A stretch of 64,000 bases of DNA from an uncultured Chromatiaceae bacterium (GTDB lineage: Bacteria; Pseudomonadota; Gammaproteobacteria; Steroidobacterales; GCA-2729495): contig CAYOXI010000003.1 of the NCBI GenBank assembly GCA_964407855.1, positions 839 to 64,838 of the forward strand, written 5' to 3'. The position numbers and the translations under genes were made by a program. Below the pieces are notes generated by a model. It was given only the letters and a program-made list of their open reading frames with translations. It searched no databases and had not been told where the DNA came from. The stretch's first letter is position 1. Every line of letters starts with the position of its first letter. Of the stretch, positions 32,276 through 42,736 are shown piece after piece.

Positions 32276-32398
32276 CGGGCAGCCCTCCTCGGCTCGCAAG
32301 GCGCCGTACGCTACAGTGCCGGCGTCGGGCCCGTCAAACCCGAACCCGGAACGGCGGGCATGCATATGGTAATTTCCGCGGCCTGACCAGGAGATTCG

Positions 32399-33661
32399 GT
32401 GAACATGACCAAGCGCAATGCCTTCTACGCCCAGTCCGGCGGCGTGACCGCCGTGATCAATGCCTCGGCCTGCGGCGTGATCGAGACCGCGCGCAAGCAC
32501 AGGCGCGAAATTGGCCGGCTCTACGCCGGGCGTGACGGCATCCTGGGCGCGCTGGACGAAGACCTCATCGACACCGGCGCGGAATCGGTCTCGGCCATTG
32601 CCGCGCTCCGGTATACACCGGGCGGGGCCTTCGGTTCGGCCCGTCACAAGCTCAGGGGTCTGGATGAAAACCGCGCCGAGTACGAGCGGCTCATCCAGGT
32701 GTTCCGTGCACACGACATTGGCTACTTCTTCTATAACGGCGGCGGCGACTCGGCCGATACCTGCCTCAAGGTGTCCCAGCTGGGTGCCCGGATGGGCTAT
32801 CCGATCGTGGCCATCCATGTTCCCAAGACCGTGGACAATGACCTGCCGGTGACGGATACCTGCCCGGGTTTTGGCTCGGTTGCCAAGTATGTTGCCGTGT
32901 CAACCCAGGAAGCGGCGCTTGATGTGCGTTCGATGTCCCGCACATCAACCAAGGTTTTCATCCTGGAAGTGATGGGCCGGCATGCCGGCTGGATCGCGGC
33001 AGCAGGAGGACTCGCCGGCAGCAAGGCCGGTGAGCCGCCCCACATCATCCTGTTTCCGGAAATCCCCTTTGACCGCGAGACCTTTCTCGCGCGGGTGGCC
33101 CACTCCGTACGGCGCTACGACTATTGCGTGATCGTGGTCAGTGAAGGCGCGCGCTATGCCGATGGCCGCTTCCTGGCAGATGCGGGCACGACCGATGCTT
33201 TCGGCCATCGGCAACTCGGTGGGGTCGCACAGGTCATCGCCTCCATCGTCAAGGAGGGTCTCAAGCTCAAGTACCACTACGCCATTGCCGATTACCTCCA
33301 GCGTTCCGCCCGTCATATCGCCTCAAGGGTGGACGTGGAGCAGGCCTATGCGGTGGGCCGGGCCGCGGTGGAACTCGCCCTCAAGGGCGAGAACTCGGTA
33401 ATGCCGACCATTGTCCGGCGCTCGGACAGCCCATACCGCTGGTCCATTGGCAAGGTGGCGCTGGATCAGGTGGCCAACCGGGAGAAGATGATGCCCCGGT
33501 CCTACATAACAAAGGACGGCTTCGGCATCACGGCCGCAGCCCGTCGCTATCTGTCACCCCTGATCCAGGGCGAGGACTATCCCCCCTACCGGCACGGGCT
33601 GCCAGTGGTTGCCCGCCTCAAGCTGAAGGCCGTCCGCAGGAAACTCCCCCCTCGGCCCTGA
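32399..33661 (+). CDS. pfp: 6-phosphofructokinase, probably pyrophosphate-dependent
   Basis: PFK fold (FYAQSGGVTAVINA, NGGGDSADT, VPKTVDNDL, MGRHAGWIA) and about 420 aa. PPi specificity is inferred from the size class and the adjacent H+-PPase, not proven. AGGAG lies 5 nt before the GTG. Confidence 0.8.
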   Translation: MNMTKRNAFYAQSGGVTAVINASACGVIETARKHRREIGRLYAGRDGILGALDEDLIDTGAESVSAIAALRYTPGGAFGSARHKLRGLDENRAEYERLIQVFRAHDIGYFFYNGGGDSADTCLKVSQLGARMGYPIVAIHVPKTVDNDLPVTDTCPGFGSVAKYVAVSTQEAALDVRSMSRTSTKVFILEVMGRHAGWIAAAGGLAGSKAGEPPHIILFPEIPFDRETFLARVAHSVRRYDYCVIVVSEGARYADGRFLADAGTTDAFGHRQLGGVAQVIASIVKEGLKLKYHYAIADYLQRSARHIASRVDVEQAYAVGRAAVELALKGENSVMPTIVRRSDSPYRWSIGKVALDQVANREKMMPRSYITKDGFGITAAARRYLSPLIQGEDYPPYRHGLPVVARLKLKAVRRKLPPRP

Positions 33662-33827
33662 GCGCTGGCGCGCGGCGGCATTAGTGCTATTATTCGGCGC
33701 CTTTTTGGCCGCCTGCCGATCTCCTGAGCGCGATCACCGATCGCCAGACCTGGTCGGCGGTGCCTGTGTCGGGCAACAAGAAACCGCCTGACTCCAAACT
33801 GATACTACGTCTGCGGAGGATTCGTCC

Positions 33828-35873
33828 ATGTCGACTGACCTGGCCATTGCACTGGCTGTAGCTGCTTCGCTGCTGGCCCTCATTTACGGCGTGCTCGCCA
33901 CGCGCTGGATCGTGGCCCAGTCCCCCGGCAATGCCCGGATGCAGGAAATCGCCGCTGCCATCCAGGCTGGCGCCCAGGCCTACCTGAACCGCCAGTACAC
34001 CACTATCGCCATCGTCGGCGTCGTGCTCACCGTGATTCTGGCCGTCGCCCTGGATCTCGCAACCGCGGGTGGCTTCGTGGTCGGCGCCGTGCTCTCCGGT
34101 GCGGCCGGCTACATCGGCATGAACGTCTCCGTCCGGGCCAACGTGCGCACCGCCCACGCAGCCAGCCTCAATCTCAACGCCGCACTCCAGGTTGCCTTCC
34201 GGGGCGGCGCGATCACCGGCATGCTGGTGGTTGGCCTCGGACTGCTGGGCGTGGCCGGCTACTTCGGCGTGATGCGTGGCTTCATCGGCGACCAGGCGGC
34301 CCTGACCTCCCTGATCGGCCTGGCCTTCGGCGGGTCACTGATTTCCATCTTTGCGCGCCTCGGTGGCGGCATCTTCACCAAGGGCGCTGACGTGGGCGCC
34401 GACCTGGTGGGCAAGGTTGAAGCCGGCATACCCGAGGACGACCCCCGCAACCCCGCCGTGATCGCCGACAACGTGGGAGACAATGTCGGTGACTGCGCCG
34501 GCATGGCAGCTGACCTGTTCGAGACCTACGCCGTGACCGTGGTTGCCACGATGGTGCTGGGTGGCCTGCTCTTTACCGGTGTCGATGGCGGTCTGGATAT
34601 CAGCTACATCATCTACCCGCTGGTTCTGGGAGCCGTTTCCATCGTTGCGTCCATCGTCGGCACCTTCTTCGTCAAGGTCAGCGACGGCGGCAAAATCATG
34701 AATGCGCTGTACCGGGGCGTTGCGGTGTCAGGCGTACTCGCGCTGGCGGCCTACTGGCCGGTCAGCCAGGCAATCATGGGCGAAGCGGCTACCAGCCTGT
34801 TCCTGTGCGCCGTGATCGGCCTCGTGCTGACGGCCGCGATGATCTGGATCACCGAGTACTACACGTCCACGGAGTACGGACCCGTTCGCTATGTAGCCGC
34901 CGCCTCACAAACCGGCCATGGCACGAACGTGATTGCCGGTCTCGCCGTGTCGATGAAGTCCACGGCGCTACCGGTGCTGGCGGTCTGTGCCGCCATCTGG
35001 GGTGCCTACGAACTTGGCGGCCTGTATGGCATTGCGATCGCCGCGACGGCGATGTTGTCGATGACCGGCATGATCGTCGCTCTGGACGCCTACGGACCGA
35101 TCACGGACAACGGTGGCGGCATCGCCGAGATGGCCGGACTGCCCAAGGAAGTGCGCACCATTACGGACGCGCTGGATGCCGTCGGCAACACCACCAAGGC
35201 CGTGACCAAGGGTTATGCCATCGGCTCGGCGGGTCTCGCGGCCCTGGTGCTCTTCGCTGACTACACCTACAAGCTCGAGTCCTACGGCAAACTCGAGGAG
35301 TTCAGCCTGTCCGATCCGGCCGTGATCATCGGCCTGTTCATCGGTGGCCTCGTGCCCTACCTGTTTGCCGCGATGGCCATGGAGGCGGTGGGTCGGGCCG
35401 CGGCCTCAGTGGTGGTCGAGGTGCGCCGGCAGTTCCGGGAGATCAAGGGCATCATGGAAGGCACGGCCAAGCCCGACTACTCGCGGGCCGTGGACATGCT
35501 GACCAAGGCAGCCATCAAGGAAATGATCATCCCGTCGCTGCTGCCCATCCTCGTGCCGGTGGTGATCGGCTTCGGCATGAACGTGCTGATGGGCCCGGGC
35601 GCCGGCATCCGCGCCCTCGGCGGCCTCCTGATCGGCACTATCGTCACCGGCCTGTTCGTGGCCATTTCCATGTGCACGGGCGGCGGTGCCTGGGACAATG
35701 CCAAGAAATACGTCGAAGAGGGCAACTTCGGCGGCAAGGGCTCCGAGGCCCACAAAGCCGCGGTGACCGGCGATACAGTGGGCGACCCCTACAAGGATAC
35801 CGCTGGTCCCGCCATCAACCCGCTGATCAAGATCATCAACATCGTCGCCCTGCTGCTGGTCCCGCTGCTCTAG
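33828..35873 (+). CDS. hppA: H+-translocating (K+-independent type) membrane pyrophosphatase
   Basis: 681 aa, polytopic. Motifs [21 protein letters not shown] and [17 protein letters not shown]. The Lys/Thr in the second motif is the established K+-independent signature. Confidence 0.95.
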   Translation: MSTDLAIALAVAASLLALIYGVLATRWIVAQSPGNARMQEIAAAIQAGAQAYLNRQYTTIAIVGVVLTVILAVALDLATAGGFVVGAVLSGAAGYIGMNVSVRANVRTAHAASLNLNAALQVAFRGGAITGMLVVGLGLLGVAGYFGVMRGFIGDQAALTSLIGLAFGGSLISIFARLGGGIFTKGADVGADLVGKVEAGIPEDDPRNPAVIADNVGDNVGDCAGMAADLFETYAVTVVATMVLGGLLFTGVDGGLDISYIIYPLVLGAVSIVASIVGTFFVKVSDGGKIMNALYRGVAVSGVLALAAYWPVSQAIMGEAATSLFLCAVIGLVLTAAMIWITEYYTSTEYGPVRYVAAASQTGHGTNVIAGLAVSMKSTALPVLAVCAAIWGAYELGGLYGIAIAATAMLSMTGMIVALDAYGPITDNGGGIAEMAGLPKEVRTITDALDAVGNTTKAVTKGYAIGSAGLAALVLFADYTYKLESYGKLEEFSLSDPAVIIGLFIGGLVPYLFAAMAMEAVGRAAASVVVEVRRQFREIKGIMEGTAKPDYSRAVDMLTKAAIKEMIIPSLLPILVPVVIGFGMNVLMGPGAGIRALGGLLIGTIVTGLFVAISMCTGGGAWDNAKKYVEEGNFGGKGSEAHKAAVTGDTVGDPYKDTAGPAINPLIKIINIVALLLVPLL

Positions 35874-35920
35874 CTTTACCCGAGCAGTTGCCGGGACGGC
35901 GACTCCTGTCGTCCCTGACC

Positions 35921-35951
35921 GAAGCCCCGCTCCGTGCGGGGCTTTTTTTTC
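35921..35951 (+). terminator. rho-independent terminator of hppA
   Basis: A 9-bp stem (aagccccgc / gcggggctt) with a 5-nt loop, followed by a run of 8 T. It begins 48 nt after the hppA stop. Confidence 0.8.
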
Positions 35952-35985
35952 GGTAACGGGGTGGCCTGTGCCAGGATGCCCTCCC

Positions 35986-36007
35986 GGCATAAATCGCGAT
36001 TTATGCC
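35986..36007. repeat. perfect 22-bp palindrome ggcataaatcg|cgatttatgcc overlapping the stop codon of the GGDEF-EAL gene
   Basis: Checked base by base: the two halves are exact reverse complements. It has an AT-rich core in GC-rich DNA. Function unknown (hairpin or dimeric protein site). Confidence 0.6.
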
Positions 36008-38328
36008 AGCTCGGTGGAAGCCGTGCCCGGTTCGCCCAGCCGGTGAGGCCGGTCTATGAAGTTCCCCTGGATGAACTGGACGCCCAGCGTCCGCAGGGCT
36101 TCGAAGTCGGCCTGCTTTTCCACCTGCTCCGCGATGACGCTAAAACCAAGTATCCGGGACATGCCGGTGATCGCACCCACGACCTGGTAGTTCAGCGTAT
36201 CCGGCCGCAGATCCCGGGTATAGGTTCCATCAACCTTCAGGAAGTCGATGGCGAGGTCACGCAGTGTCGTAAAGGATCCGAGTCCACTGCCGAAGTCATC
36301 CAGTCCAAACTGGCACCCCATGCCGTGCAGTACGGCCACGAAACGTCGCGCCTGGTCAAAGCGTTCCATCACGGCGGACTCATTGACCTCGAAACAGATC
36401 CGCCAGGGTGGCACCTGGCTGTGATCGAGGCATTCCACCACGAAGTCCAGAAAGCCCTCTTCGGCGAGCGACTGGGCGGACAGGTTGATGCTGCAACTTC
36501 GCTCATCAGGCAACCGGATCATCCCGTTGCCGATGGCGGCCAGCGTCGCCTGCACGACCCAGCGGTCGATGCTGGTCATCAGCTGATAGCGCTCGGCCGC
36601 CGGCATGAACTGGCGCGGCATCACCGGCTTCCCTTCCTCATCGAGCATGCGCAACAGGGCTTCTGCCGCCGGGCCGCGGGTGACGCGGCCTGCAGTCGAG
36701 ATGATGGGTTGCACATGAATCTCGAAGCGGCCCTCCCGCAGCGCGATCTGCAGCTGGCGCAGCCAGTGAATATCGCCGCGCTGGCGGGCCGACACCTCGT
36801 CACGGGCAGAATAGACATGCACGCGGCCCCGGCCCTGCTGCTTGGCCACGTAGCAGGCGGAATCAGCGGCGCTGAGCAGGTCCTTCAGAGTGCCGGACTC
36901 GCGTCCCACCTCGACCAGGCCAATGCTGATGCCGACAGTGAAGATCCGGTCCTGCCAGACAAAGCGGTAATCGCGCACCGCATTGCACACGTCATCCGCA
37001 ATCTGGCGGGCCTTGTCCAGCGGGCAGCGCATCAGCAGCATGCCGAACTCGTCGCCGCCCAGACGTGCCACGTAGTCGGAGTCGCGCACCTGGTCCCGGA
37101 TCAGCTTGGCGATCTCCCGCAGCATGTTGTCCCCGGCGAGGTGCCCGCAGGTGTCGTTTACCGCCTTGAAGCGATCGAGATCCATATAGCACAGCACCGA
37201 GTTGACGCTTTCCCCGGGTATCACCTCCAGCGCTTCCTGTACGCGTCGCTCGAACTCGCTGCGGTTGATCAGGCCGGTCAGGGCATCGTGGGACGCCTGA
37301 TAGGAAATGCGGCGGGTCAGACCCCGCATCTCGGTCACGTCGTGCATGATCACGACGGCACCGGCCACGATCTCCCCGGGGCCAATGATCGGTGAAGCCG
37401 TCAGTTCCACCGAGAGCTCACGCTCGCCCGACGCCGTGATCATCAGCGCCCGGCGGCCAAGACCCACCCGACGGCGTTCCGCGAGACAGCGGGCGATGGG
37501 ATCGCCCAGATCCTTGCGATCGGTCTCGTCAACCAGGGTCATGAAGTCAACCATGCGCTTGCCGACGGCCTGCTCGCGGGGAACGCCGGTAAGTTGCTCG
37601 GCGGCAGCATTCAGGTAATCAATGACACCGGCTGTGTCCGTGGTTATGACACCCTCACCGATCGACTCGAGTGTGGCCTGGGCCTGCTGCTTGCCCCGAC
37701 CCAGGTTGGCCTCCAGACTCTTGCGGTAGCTCACGTCGCGGGCGATGGACAGGATCGCCTTCTGTCCCCGGTAGTCGATGACCGTTCCCGCCACCTCCAC
37801 CCACAGGCCGCCCTCCTCTCCGGAGATGAGCTGGAGTTCGAACCGGTCCGGAACGGCTTCCCCTGCCAGCCGGCTGGCGATGTTCTTGCGGGTCAGCGCC
37901 CGGTAGGCCGGCCGCACCAGGTCGGTGACGAGGCGGCCGGCAAGCTGCTCGGTACTGACCCCCAGCAGGCTGGCTGCCGCATGATTGGCGAAGATGACCC
38001 GCTCCCGGTGCACGAGCACCACCTCGGGCATGGTGTTCGCAAGGTCCTGGAACAGTGCTTCCCGCTGGCGGATCTGGCGATCGCGCGTGGTCAGCGCATC
38101 GAAGAGGCGGTTGACGTTGTCGCCGAGCAGGTCAAGTTCGGGCAGTTCGCTGCCCTGCGTCGGGATCCGCTTGCCGAACACCGCCGTCTCGGCCGCCTCG
38201 AGGATTTCCTCGTTCAGCCGGGCGATCCCCCGCGCATAACTCGTGCGGGCACGCCAGAGGATGAGGCAGAGGCCACCGACCCCGAGGCAGGTCACGGCGA
38301 GTGCCAGAATCAGCCATGTCTCGGTCAT
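36001..38328 (-). CDS. membrane-anchored PAS-GGDEF-EAL signalling protein (diguanylate cyclase/phosphodiesterase)
   Basis: N-terminal TM helix and PAS-like repeats. Intact GGDEF (RLGGDEFGMLL) and an EAL domain (EALLRM..., QFGLDDFGSG). Confidence 0.9.
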   Translation of the reverse strand: MTETWLILALAVTCLGVGGLCLILWRARTSYARGIARLNEEILEAAETAVFGKRIPTQGSELPELDLLGDNVNRLFDALTTRDRQIRQREALFQDLANTMPEVVLVHRERVIFANHAAASLLGVSTEQLAGRLVTDLVRPAYRALTRKNIASRLAGEAVPDRFELQLISGEEGGLWVEVAGTVIDYRGQKAILSIARDVSYRKSLEANLGRGKQQAQATLESIGEGVITTDTAGVIDYLNAAAEQLTGVPREQAVGKRMVDFMTLVDETDRKDLGDPIARCLAERRRVGLGRRALMITASGERELSVELTASPIIGPGEIVAGAVVIMHDVTEMRGLTRRISYQASHDALTGLINRSEFERRVQEALEVIPGESVNSVLCYMDLDRFKAVNDTCGHLAGDNMLREIAKLIRDQVRDSDYVARLGGDEFGMLLMRCPLDKARQIADDVCNAVRDYRFVWQDRIFTVGISIGLVEVGRESGTLKDLLSAADSACYVAKQQGRGRVHVYSARDEVSARQRGDIHWLRQLQIALREGRFEIHVQPIISTAGRVTRGPAAEALLRMLDEEGKPVMPRQFMPAAERYQLMTSIDRWVVQATLAAIGNGMIRLPDERSCSINLSAQSLAEEGFLDFVVECLDHSQVPPWRICFEVNESAVMERFDQARRFVAVLHGMGCQFGLDDFGSGLGSFTTLRDLAIDFLKVDGTYTRDLRPDTLNYQVVGAITGMSRILGFSVIAEQVEKQADFEALRTLGVQFIQGNFIDRPHRLGEPGTASTELA

Positions 38329-38557
38329 TCGTCGGTATTGCCAGAGCGGGGTGTCAGCCGGGCACTGCTCCCCCTTGTAATGCGTTCATTGGCAGGCGCG
38401 GACCGGCCTCGCGGGTGCGCTGGCAGGATAGCCCATGCCCCCGCGCGCGATCGGCCCGGTTGACCATAATGCCGCTCTGACGTTCCTTTGGGTCATAATG
38501 GCGGCGCCGGCAAGCCTTGTCTCCCGATGGCAATCTACTTACCCTAAGTCGCCCCCG

Positions 38558-39214
38558 ATGAGCATCCATTTCGAAGCCGCCCGCACCCAGATGGTGAACC
38601 AGCAGGTGCGGGCCTGGGACGTCCTCGATCCCGCTGTACTCGGCGTCCTGTCCGGCGTTCCCCGCGAGGACTTCGTGCCGCCGGCGTGGCGGTCGCTGGC
38701 ATTCGCCGACACGGCGGTTCCTCTCCCGGGTGGCGAGTGCATGATGACGCCGCAGGTGGAAGGCCGGCTGCTGCAGGCTCTCGCGATCCGGGACACCGAC
38801 GAGATCCTCGAGATCGGCACGGGCAGCGGCTTTCTGACGGCCTGTCTGGCGCGCCTGGGTAGTGCCGTAACCAGCCTGGAAATCCTGCCGGAGCTGGCCG
38901 CCGGAGCCCGCCGCAACCTGCAGGCCGCCGGCATCCGGAATGCAGACGTGCATACCGCAGACGCCTTTGAGTGGCACCCCGACCGGGCCTTTGATGTGAT
39001 CGCCGTGACCGGCTCGCTGCCCGTCGGCGATCCGCGCTTCCGGTCCTGGCTCGCAGAGGGCGGCCGCCTGTTCGTGGTGGTGGGCGAAGCGCCGCTGATG
39101 GAAGCCCTGCTGGTGCAGCGCCAGGGTCCACAGCTGTGGGCCACGACGCGCCTGTTCGAGACCGGCCTGCCAGCGCTTCGGCATGCCAGGTCACCGTCCA
39201 GGTTCATTTTCTGA
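38558..39214 (+). CDS. protein-L-isoaspartate O-methyltransferase family protein
   Basis: The internal ATG gives 218 aa. SAM motif ILEIGTGSGFLTACLA. The position just upstream of tolC is a common arrangement in gammaproteobacteria. Confidence 0.75.
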   Translation: MSIHFEAARTQMVNQQVRAWDVLDPAVLGVLSGVPREDFVPPAWRSLAFADTAVPLPGGECMMTPQVEGRLLQALAIRDTDEILEIGTGSGFLTACLARLGSAVTSLEILPELAAGARRNLQAAGIRNADVHTADAFEWHPDRAFDVIAVTGSLPVGDPRFRSWLAEGGRLFVVVGEAPLMEALLVQRQGPQLWATTRLFETGLPALRHARSPSRFIF

Positions 39215-39257
39215 CCGGCATGTCCCGGTTACGGCCTTGCAACGCGGAAGGGATTTC

Positions 39258-40664
39258 ATGAGAAGAGCAAGAATGCTGCTGCCGGTCGCTGTCCTGCTGG
39301 CCTCCGGCCTGGCATCCGCAGACACACTGATGCAGGTTTACGAGAAGGCCGTGCGCAGTGATCCGCTCATACGCGAGGCGGAGGCCAACCGGCTGGCAAC
39401 GCGCGAGGGCAGGCCGATTGCACGCGCCTCCCTGCTGCCCCAGATAACGGGCCGTGGTGATTACGTCAAGCAGAAAAGGGAAAGTGAGACCACAGGCAAC
39501 GATTCCGTCAGCGGGTTGTTTGCGCTGCAGACCCGGAGTCGAACTGATGGTCCGAGCTGGTCTCTTGAACTCCGTCAGACCCTTTTCCGCTGGGATCAGT
39601 GGGTGAGATTCGGCCAGGCGGAGAAGGAGGCCTCACAGGCCGACGTGGATTACCAGGCTGCCTTTCAGGGCCTCATTGTCCGGGTGTCGGAAGCCTACTT
39701 CAACGTACTGGCTGCCGAGGATACATTGTCCTCCGAGCAGGCGGCCAAGGACGCCATTGCCAGGCAGCTGGAACAGGCCCAGAAGCGCTTTGAAGTCGGC
39801 CTTATCGCCATCACCGACGTGCAGGAGGCCCAGGCAGCTCTCGACCAGGTTGTTGCGGCCGAAATCCTGGCCAAGCGGTCACTGGCCAATGCGGAGGAGG
39901 CACTGCGGGCCATAACAGACGAGTTCCCGTCACCGCTGGCGAGACCCCCGGAGGAAATCCCGCTCCTGTCACCGGTCCCGCTGGATGTGGAGCAGTGGGT
40001 GGCGAAAGCGATGGAACAGAACCTGGCCCTGATCTCCAGCCAGATTTCTGCAGGCATAGCGAAGGACAACGTCAGTCTGGCCCGGACTGGTCACTATCCC
40101 ACGATTGATTTTGTGGCTTCCACAGGCAACATCGATACCAGTGGCCAGCAGTTTTCTTCCGTTCCACCACCTGGCGCTACCAACCGGGTGGGCTTCGACC
40201 AGGACTCCGACCAATTCGGAATCCAGATTCAGGTGCCGATCTTCAGCGGTGGGGCAACATCATCCCAGGTACAGCAGGCGGTCTATCGGCACCGCGCGGC
40301 GAGGGAGCGGCTTGAGAGCACGGCGCGGGAGACCGAGCGCGAAACCCGGGACGCCTATCTGGCCGTGCTGTCGGACATTTCCCGGGTGCAGGCTCTGAAG
40401 CAGGGCCTGGAATCGGCGCGTACTGCCCTCAAGGCCACCGAGGCGGGCTTCGACGTCGGCACGCGTACCACGGTCGATGTGCTGGACGCCCGGCGCAACG
40501 TGTTCCTGGCGGAGACGAATTTCCTGCGCAGCCGCTACGACTACCTCATCAATGGGCTGCGACTGAAGCGGGCGGCCGGCAACCTGCTGCCGGAGGACCT
40601 CGCCCAGATCGACGCCCTGCTGACTGCCGAGGTCGTACCCGGGGCCCAGCCCGTCGCGCCCTAG
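39258..40664 (+). CDS. tolC: TolC family outer membrane channel
   Basis: Signal peptide (MRRARMLLPVAVLLASGLASA) followed by DTLMQVYEKAVRSDPLIREAE, and two OEP repeats. Confidence 0.85.
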   Translation: MRRARMLLPVAVLLASGLASADTLMQVYEKAVRSDPLIREAEANRLATREGRPIARASLLPQITGRGDYVKQKRESETTGNDSVSGLFALQTRSRTDGPSWSLELRQTLFRWDQWVRFGQAEKEASQADVDYQAAFQGLIVRVSEAYFNVLAAEDTLSSEQAAKDAIARQLEQAQKRFEVGLIAITDVQEAQAALDQVVAAEILAKRSLANAEEALRAITDEFPSPLARPPEEIPLLSPVPLDVEQWVAKAMEQNLALISSQISAGIAKDNVSLARTGHYPTIDFVASTGNIDTSGQQFSSVPPPGATNRVGFDQDSDQFGIQIQVPIFSGGATSSQVQQAVYRHRAARERLESTARETERETRDAYLAVLSDISRVQALKQGLESARTALKATEAGFDVGTRTTVDVLDARRNVFLAETNFLRSRYDYLINGLRLKRAAGNLLPEDLAQIDALLTAEVVPGAQPVAP

Positions 40665-41980
40665 TCGACCGGCGGGCCGACCAGCGGATCGACCAGCGCC
40701 AGCAGCCGGTCCAGGGCGCCGCGGTTGGCCTGGATGGCTGCTTGTCCGGCCGCACCCCGCCCCTGCCGCGATGCCGGGTCGGCCAGCAGTTGCCCGACTT
40801 CGGCTGCCACTGCCGCACCATCCGGCACGACGCGCGCACTGCCGCAGGCCACCAGCAGTTCGGCAATATCAGCCGCGTTCTCATTGTGCGGACCGGTCAC
40901 GACCGGCACCCCGAGCGAGACGGGCTCCAGCAGGTTGTGGCCCCCGACAGTTACCAGGCTGCCCCCGACAAAGGCCACGTCGGCGGCTGCGTAAAAGGTC
41001 GTCAGTTCGCCCATGCTGTCGGCAAGAATCACGCGGGTATCGGGGCGGGCCAGCGCCCGGCTGCTGCGGGTCACGTACGGGATTCGGCGGCTGTCGAGCA
41101 GCGCCGCCACCTGGGCAAAGCGCTCAGGGTGACGGGGCACCAGGATGAGCAGCGCCGCCGGATGCCGGGCCACGACCTGCTCCTGAGCATCGAGAATGGC
41201 GGTTTCCTCGCCTTCATGGGTGCTCGCTGCCACCCAGACGGGCCGTGCGGCTGCATGCTGCTCGCGGAAGGCCCGGCCGCGGTCTGTGACCCCGGCCGGA
41301 AGCTCGAAATCAAACTTGATGTTGCCCGTGACATGGGTGCGGTCCGGATTTGCGCCCAGCGAACGGAACCGTTCTGCGTCGACCCGGGTCTGGGCTGCGA
41401 TCAGGATGCCGTTGGCAAGCGTGTCGCGAAACAGGGGGATCAGATATCGATAACGGCGCACCGACCTCAGTGACACACGGGCGCTGGCCATCACCAGTGG
41501 CACGCGTCGCTGGCCACACTCGTTGAACAGGTTTGGCCAGAGCTCCGTTTCCATGATGATGGCGAGCGTCGGCCGCGCCCAGTCGAAGAAGCGCCGTACC
41601 GCGCCAGACAGATCGTAGGGGACGTAGCTGTGGATCACCTCGTCCCCGAACAGCGCCCGCACCCGCTCCCCGCCGGTCGGGGTCATCGTGGTCAGGACGA
41701 GTGGCACGCCCGGGTGGCGCCTGAGGAGTGCGCGCACCAGGGGTGCGGCGGCCTGCACCTCTCCGACAGACACGGCGTGGACCCAGATCGAAGGCTTCGG
41801 CAGTCGCGGCATGCCGAAGCCGAAGCGCTCGGGAATTCGCCGTCGATAATCGGCAACGCTGAACCCCCTCCAGAACAGATGGAGGATCAGCAGGGGAACG
41901 ACCAGATAGGTCAGGGCGACATAGAGCCCCCGCAGCCACGGGGCTGGCCCCGGGGTGGACAAAGTTGCCGGCCGGGGCAC
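40661..41980 (-). CDS. waaA: 3-deoxy-D-manno-octulosonic acid (Kdo) transferase
   Basis: N-terminal anchor, IWVHAVSVGE, and a GT30/GT-B C-terminal EPVSLGVPVVTGPH. Its stop overlaps the tolC stop as CTAG. Confidence 0.9.
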   Translation of the reverse strand: MPRPATLSTPGPAPWLRGLYVALTYLVVPLLILHLFWRGFSVADYRRRIPERFGFGMPRLPKPSIWVHAVSVGEVQAAAPLVRALLRRHPGVPLVLTTMTPTGGERVRALFGDEVIHSYVPYDLSGAVRRFFDWARPTLAIIMETELWPNLFNECGQRRVPLVMASARVSLRSVRRYRYLIPLFRDTLANGILIAAQTRVDAERFRSLGANPDRTHVTGNIKFDFELPAGVTDRGRAFREQHAAARPVWVAASTHEGEETAILDAQEQVVARHPAALLILVPRHPERFAQVAALLDSRRIPYVTRSSRALARPDTRVILADSMGELTTFYAAADVAFVGGSLVTVGGHNLLEPVSLGVPVVTGPHNENAADIAELLVACGSARVVPDGAAVAAEVGQLLADPASRQGRGAAGQAAIQANRGALDRLLALVDPLVGPPVD

Positions 41981-42000
41981 AACGGTCTAGCGTGCAGGCC

Positions 42001-42714
42001 TCAACCGCACTTGGAATCGCCGCAGGCCAGGCAGGTCATGCACCCGTCCATGTAGACCACGGCTACCGTGTTGCAGGCCGTGCAGATCTGGGCGCCGGCC
42101 GGGTACTCACTGCGGGCGAAGGCATCCTGCTGGCGATTCTGCTCGTCGTACTCCCGGCGCTTCTGATCGACGAGCTTGCGCTTGTGCTCGTCGAGATTGT
42201 CAGGCGGCAGGAGGCCGATGAAGCGCAGGTGCTTTTCCACGATATGCCCGAGCTCGGCAATGATGGAGGGCATGAACTTGCCGCCCGGCTGCCAGTAGCC
42301 GCCGCGCGGATCGAACACGGCCTTGAGCTCATCGACCATGAATGTGACGTCGCCACCCTTGCGGAATACCGCCGACATCAGGCGGGTCAGGGCCACGATC
42401 CACTGGTAGTGGTCGAGATTCTTGGAGTTGATGAAGATCTCGAAGGGCCGGCGCTGCTCGTGCTCGGTGCCGGGATTGAGGATCAGGTCATTGATGGTGA
42501 CGTACATGGCGTGGTCCGACACAGGGGTCTTCACCTTGTAGGTGGATCCCTGCAGCATTTCGGGGCGCTCGAGCTTCTCGTGCATACGCACGACGTTGCC
42601 CTCGACAGACAGGCGCTTCGCTGCCGCCTTGTCCGCCTTTTTTGTGCCGGCCTTTTCTTCCGGGCTCTCGACCCGGTAGCCGACGATTTTCCGGTCAATC
42701 TTTATCCGCGACAT
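42001..42714 (-). CDS. nrdJb: class II (adenosylcobalamin-dependent) ribonucleotide reductase, C-terminal polypeptide (NrdJb)
   Basis: Starts at the ATG at 42714, with AGGAG 7 nt upstream and 22 nt after the nrdJa stop. The sequence continues the RNR fold and ends in a Cys-rich tail (CTACNTVAVVYMDGCMTCLACGDSKCG). Confidence 0.8.
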   Translation of the reverse strand: MSRIKIDRKIVGYRVESPEEKAGTKKADKAAAKRLSVEGNVVRMHEKLERPEMLQGSTYKVKTPVSDHAMYVTINDLILNPGTEHEQRRPFEIFINSKNLDHYQWIVALTRLMSAVFRKGGDVTFMVDELKAVFDPRGGYWQPGGKFMPSIIAELGHIVEKHLRFIGLLPPDNLDEHKRKLVDQKRREYDEQNRQQDAFARSEYPAGAQICTACNTVAVVYMDGCMTCLACGDSKCG

Positions 42715-42736
42715 CGCGCTCTCCTGGATCTGGCGC

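Noticed and set aside
38440-38510. A direct repeat of cataatg(c/g)cg 29 nt apart, with an adjacent TTGACC, in the intergenic region between the GGDEF-EAL gene and the Pcm-like gene.
   Set aside because: The hexamers do not fall at workable -35/-10 spacing (0 or 28 nt), and the repeat is short. I noted it only as possible promoter elements.
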